Positions 15,042 to 18,399 of a DNA stretch of 18,399 nucleotides are shown piece by piece (the stretch's first letter is position 1; each line of letters starts with the position of its first letter). Made by a program: the position numbers and the translations under genes. The DNA is from a virus: UHGV virus genome UHGV-0207498. One strand, written 5' to 3'. The notes below the pieces were generated by a model. That model worked only from the letters and a program-made list of their open reading frames with translations. It had not been told where the DNA came from and ran no database searches.

Positions 15042-16725
15042 ATCATATACCGCAGACTTTGAAACAACAACCAAACTTGATGACTGTCGGGTTTGGTGTT
15101 TTTCAATTACTGAGATAGGAAACGAAGATAATACTATTGTTGGACTTACTATTGAAGATTTCTTTAAGGAACTTGAACGTCTTGGCAGTTGCACTATTTA
15201 TTTTCACAATTTGCGTTTCGATGCTCAATTTATACTTAGCTACATTTTAACACATGGATATACTTATCATGAGGGCGGAAAACGGATGCCTGAAAAATCT
15301 TTTACAAGTCTTATTAGTGGTTTAGGTGTCTTTTATGCAATAGAAGTAAAAATTAAAAAGGGAGTACGTATTAAATTTTTAGATAGTTATAAGAAAATTC
15401 CTAGTCCTGTTGAAAAAATACCTAAAGACTTTGGACTTCCAATTCAAAAATTAGAAATTGATTATACTATGGAAAGACCCATAGGATACCAGCTTACAGA
15501 TGAAGAAATAGAGTATGTAATGCACGATACTAAAATCGTTTCTATGGCTCTAAATCAACAATTTAGCCAAGGACTTGATAAAATAACTATCAGTGGAGAT
15601 GCCTTAGCTAGTGTAAAATCTATGATACCATTTAAGGACTTATTTCCTGTACTTGATTTTAATGTTGATGACTTTATTCGTAAAAGTTATCGTGGTGGCT
15701 GGTGTTATGTAAACCCTAGATATCAAAATAAAGATTTAGGTCCAATACTTGTATACGATGTAAATTCACTTTATCCGTCACGTATGAGATACTCTATACT
15801 ACCATATGGTATTCCAGAATACTATAAAGGAAAATATGTAGAAGATAATGAGTATCCACTATATATTTGTCATATTAAAGTTACATTTAAATTAAAGAAA
15901 AATAAATTACCATGTATTCAAGATAAACATAATAAGATATTTAATGCAACTGAATATATTACAGAATACCTAGACGGACTAGAACCACTAGAAATATACC
16001 TTACTAGTGTCGATTTTAAACTATTTTGTGATATGTATGATATTTATACCATAGAATATATTGACGGATATAAATTCAAAGCACAATATAATATGTTTAA
16101 TTCATATATTGATTATTGGAACGATGTAAAAATGAAAGCCACAAAAGAGGGCAATAAAGTTATGCGTACAATAGCTAAACTTATGCTTAATTCAATTTAC
16201 GGTAAATTTGCAAGTGCCACTAAAACAAATAGTAAAATTCCATACTTAAAAGAGGACGGAGTTGTAGGGTATGAAACTGTTGAAGATAAATTACGTGACC
16301 CAATATATACTCCTGTTGCGTGCTTTATTACCGCATGGGCAAGAGATTTAACTATTCGCTCAGCTGTAGCCTGTATTGACCGTTTTTGTTATGCAGATAC
16401 CGATAGTCTACATATAATAGATGATAATACTATTCCCGATATACCAATAGATGATTTAAAACTAGGATATTTTAAATTAGAAAGTAAACCACGTAAAGCA
16501 AGATTTTTAAGAGCTAAAACGTATATAGAAGATATTTATAATGAAAAATCAGGTGAATATGAACTTGATGTTAAATGTGCTGGTATGAACCCAGCTGTTA
16601 AAAAACAAGTAACATGGGAAAATTTTAAATATGGATTTATATCTCAAGAAAAGCTAAAACCTAAAAATGTAAAAGGTGGTGTTGTACTTGTTAATACCCC
16701 CTTTACAATTAGTGAACCAAAATGA
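15010..16725 (+). CDS. Protein-primed family-B DNA polymerase
   Basis: ExoI ADFET, ExoII FHNLRFD, ExoIII YVMHD, YRGG, motif A DVNSLYP, motif B KLMLNSIYGKF, motif C YADTDS, KTY; SD GAAAGGA before ATG 15010. Confidence 0.98.
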   Translation: MDQQKSKICSKSYTADFETTTKLDDCRVWCFSITEIGNEDNTIVGLTIEDFFKELERLGSCTIYFHNLRFDAQFILSYILTHGYTYHEGGKRMPEKSFTSLISGLGVFYAIEVKIKKGVRIKFLDSYKKIPSPVEKIPKDFGLPIQKLEIDYTMERPIGYQLTDEEIEYVMHDTKIVSMALNQQFSQGLDKITISGDALASVKSMIPFKDLFPVLDFNVDDFIRKSYRGGWCYVNPRYQNKDLGPILVYDVNSLYPSRMRYSILPYGIPEYYKGKYVEDNEYPLYICHIKVTFKLKKNKLPCIQDKHNKIFNATEYITEYLDGLEPLEIYLTSVDFKLFCDMYDIYTIEYIDGYKFKAQYNMFNSYIDYWNDVKMKATKEGNKVMRTIAKLMLNSIYGKFASATKTNSKIPYLKEDGVVGYETVEDKLRDPIYTPVACFITAWARDLTIRSAVACIDRFCYADTDSLHIIDDNTIPDIPIDDLKLGYFKLESKPRKARFLRAKTYIEDIYNEKSGEYELDVKCAGMNPAVKKQVTWENFKYGFISQEKLKPKNVKGGVVLVNTPFTISEPK

Positions 16726-16731
16726 TATAAT
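16702..16731 (+). promoter_or_regulatory. Promoter for the pRNA candidate
   Basis: TTTACA(16702-16707)-18 bp-TATAAT(16726-16731) with TG; predicted +1 near 16738 coincides with the first paired base of the fold. Confidence 0.7.
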
Positions 16732-16737
16732 ATATAC

Positions 16738-16905
16738 ATTAGAGGTCCTAATTTTACATTTAATTAGTGTCTGTAAGAAATATCCATGGGAGACCATGCT
16801 TACAATACATACTGGGGAAAATCAGTTGATTATATGAAATTAGAAAAACGTCTAATAAAAATTTACAGAAGAAAAGATTACAAATTTTTTCTTCTTTTAT
16901 TTTTT
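16738..16905 (+). ncRNA. Prohead (packaging) RNA, pRNA-like
   Basis: 119-nt domain with a three-way junction (long closing helix; C helix with a 7-nt bulge and a GAGA-capped hairpin; D hairpin), followed by a second hairpin and a U-tract. Confidence 0.78.
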
Positions 16906-16957
16906 CAAAAAATTTTCGACAGCTATTATACCCCAAAATTTTTTAAAATTTTTTCGG

Positions 16958-16976
16958 GTGGTAACATGTGTTACCA
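16958..16976. promoter_or_regulatory. Operator-like palindrome GTGGTAACATGTGTTACCA, copy 2
   Basis: Identical to 2522-2540. Confidence 0.6.
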
Positions 16977-16995
16977 TGTGTGAAAGTGTGGCTAA

Positions 16996-17069
16996 ACAAA
17001 TGTTCGCTTTTATATATGTAATACAAATGTTCGCTTTTGTATATGTAATACAAATGTTCGCTTTTGTAT
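16996..17069. repeat. 27-bp tandem repeat x2.7 (ACAAATGTTCGCTTTTRTATATGTAAT)
   Basis: Units start at 16996, 17023 and 17050; the core ATGTTCGCTTTT is also present in both ITRs. Confidence 0.95.
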
Positions 17070-17074
17070 GTATG

Positions 17075-17104
17075 AAAAAAAGCCACTTGATTAATCAAGT
17101 GGCT
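17075..17104 (-). terminator. Intrinsic terminator of the right-end leftward operon
   Basis: Perfect 24-bp palindrome AGCCACTTGATTAATCAAGTGGCT (17081-17104) with A6 on its left, which is a U-tract on the minus strand; 6 bp past the stop of 17111-17413. Confidence 0.85.
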
Positions 17105-17110
17105 ATACTT

Positions 17111-17413
17111 CTATAAAGACATCATGATTACTAAAAAGATTATATATAATGCATATATTAATATAATTATAGTATATGATATTATATTATAGCTATTTTC
17201 TTCGTTTTCTTCTCTATTTTCTTCTTTTTCACGTTGTAAATTCACTCTATCAAGAAGTAAATCACGTTTCATAGTAAGTCTATCTATTTGATGCATAAGC
17301 GCTCTATATTCGCTCGCTGTGTACGGACTATCTATATTATTACATTGAGCTAATAGCATATTTATTTGCATATCTAATTCGTTTACGCGTTCGCTATCTG
17401 TTAGTCTATACAT
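17111..17413 (-). CDS. Hypothetical coiled-coil protein with C-terminal TM anchor
   Basis: Last gene of the leftward operon; hydrophobic C-terminus IISYTIIILIYALYIIFLVIMM. Confidence 0.75.
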   Translation of the reverse strand: MYRLTDSERVNELDMQINMLLAQCNNIDSPYTASEYRALMHQIDRLTMKRDLLLDRVNLQREKEENREENEENSYNIISYTIIILIYALYIIFLVIMMSL

Positions 17414-17640
17414 ATACTTTTTACATCCAAAAATGCGCTTATTTTTAATGTTTTAAATATCTTTTCTAGATAGTCTTTATCATTATATAATATATATATT
17501 CTATAATAATTTAATAATACTTTACGCTTTTTATATGATTTTACTTCATTTATTATATTAAGTAATTCAAATGTAAAAAATTCTTTAGATAGTAAAGACG
17601 CATCAATGATGCGATTTACTAGTTTTTTTCTTCTGTTCAT
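17401..17640 (-). CDS. Hypothetical basic protein
   Basis: SD AAGGAG upstream on the minus strand. Confidence 0.75.
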   Translation of the reverse strand: MNRRKKLVNRIIDASLLSKEFFTFELLNIINEVKSYKKRKVLLNYYRIYILYNDKDYLEKIFKTLKISAFLDVKSICID

Positions 17641-17651
17641 TATTTCTCCTT

Positions 17652-18011
17652 TTAATAATAAATATAGTATATTAAAGTACTATTTTTATTATATAAAACA
17701 ATTTTATCAATTCGTCCATTATTTCCATACATACCAGCCGAATATGCAACTATTTCACTATATATATTAGCTTTTCCGCTTTTTTCTAAATGTTCATATC
17801 TAGTAATATCTAATATTAGTTTTTTAAAATTATCGCTAGTATTTTCAATTTTTATATTCTCGGCTATTTTTTGCGTATTCCAGTAATTTAGCATATATAC
17901 AATATTTTCATAATTATATATATTATTTGCTAAATTATACTCACGTAAATTAATAGCATCTAATGATGTAGCTAATTCCTTTAATTTTGTTCTTGTTAAT
18001 TTAATTGCCAT
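17652..18011 (-). CDS. Hypothetical protein
   Basis: SD AAGGAGG upstream on the minus strand. Confidence 0.8.
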   Translation of the reverse strand: MAIKLTRTKLKELATSLDAINLREYNLANNIYNYENIVYMLNYWNTQKIAENIKIENTSDNFKKLILDITRYEHLEKSGKANIYSEIVAYSAGMYGNNGRIDKIVLYNKNSTLIYYIYY

Positions 18012-18213
18012 TTTTAAAACCCTCCTTTTTCAAATTTTTTGTATTATCTTCTGATAATTCTTTAACAAAAATTTCAAGGTCTGAAATAATATTTATTATA
18101 ATATCTTTTTCACCTTTTGCATTATCTTCGGATAATTCTTCGTTACAAGCTTTAAGCTCTGAAATAGCATACTTAAAAAACGCTATTTCTTCATCAATAT
18201 TTGTAATTCTCAT
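18001..18213 (-). CDS. Hypothetical small acidic helical protein
   Basis: SD AAAGGAG; first gene after the right-end promoter. Confidence 0.8.
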   Translation of the reverse strand: MRITNIDEEIAFFKYAISELKACNEELSEDNAKGEKDIIINIISDLEIFVKELSEDNTKNLKKEGFKNGN

Positions 18214-18243
18214 TTATACCGCTCCTTTTCAAATTACAAATAT

Positions 18244-18271
18244 ATTATATCATATATATTATATAGTGCAA
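18244..18271 (-). promoter_or_regulatory. Sigma-A-type early promoter (right end, leftward)
   Basis: Minus strand TTGCAC(18271-18266)-16 bp-TATAAT(18249-18244) with extended -10 TG. Confidence 0.75.
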
Positions 18272-18320
18272 TACTTTTTGGATAATTTTTACCATACTTT
18301 ACACAAATTTGACACATTCA

Positions 18321-18399
18321 TACATATGTTCGCTTTTGACTAAAAAATAGCAACATTGCCACGCATTATGGCTAAGCAATGGTATTTGTACCTATACCA
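18321..18399 (-). repeat. Right inverted terminal repeat (79 bp)
   Basis: Exact reverse complement of 1-79. Confidence 0.99.

Larger units (their letters stand above)
1..18399. mobile_element. Complete linear phi29-like bacteriophage genome with protein-primed replication
   Basis: ITRs at both ends; protein-primed polB next to a terminal-protein candidate; phi29-type capsid, tail knob, connector, lower collar and packaging ATPase; size in the phi29 range. Confidence 0.96.

Noticed and set aside
5375..15194. Short minus-strand ORFs at 5375, 8355, 10663, 11256, 11988, 12029 and 14931
   Set aside because: All lie antisense to conserved genes and show no convincing independent expression signals.
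16786..16983. 65-aa + strand ORF
   Set aside because: No SD; runs through the pRNA-like fold, its terminator and T-tracts. Better explained as non-coding.
16996..17069. Possible mini-CRISPR array
   Set aside because: The 27-bp units are contiguous and nearly identical, with no unique spacers, and there are no cas genes.
18005..18343. 112-aa + strand ORF
   Set aside because: Antisense to 18001-18213 and runs across the right promoter into the ITR.

Overview
This window is an apparently complete 18.4-kb linear genome of a very AT-rich, phi29-like podophage with protein-primed replication, bounded by perfect 79-bp inverted terminal repeats. Sigma-A-type promoters and strong SD sites point to a Bacillota host (inference). 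Left to right on the + strand: eight small early ORFs (including a tandem paralog pair and an AbrB-like regulator), then scaffold, major capsid (Ig-like C-terminus), tail knob, connector, lower collar, two fibre-like proteins, a membrane protein, a holin missed by the ORF track, two M23-type peptidases and the packaging ATPase. A ~530-bp structured non-coding region follows, then SSB, terminal protein and family-B DNA polymerase, then a ~170-nt RNA with phi29 pRNA topology. Four small leftward ORFs read in from the right end. The most interesting signals are non-coding: (1) a well-supported pRNA candidate at 16738-16905; (2) a second, unexplained ~240-nt structured RNA (12950-13190) whose 25-bp stem deviates only by G-U pairs; (3) a complex leader before the replication operon, with a phased 4x CTTAAG array and a pseudoknot ahead of the SSB RBS; (4) a LexA-box-like motif in both ITRs and in an internal 3x27-bp array; (5) an identical 19-bp palindrome at the late promoter start and beside the pRNA; (6) codon-level avoidance of GATC and GATGG. 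All function calls come from motif recognition and synteny. No database searches or folding programs were run, and base-pairings were checked by hand.
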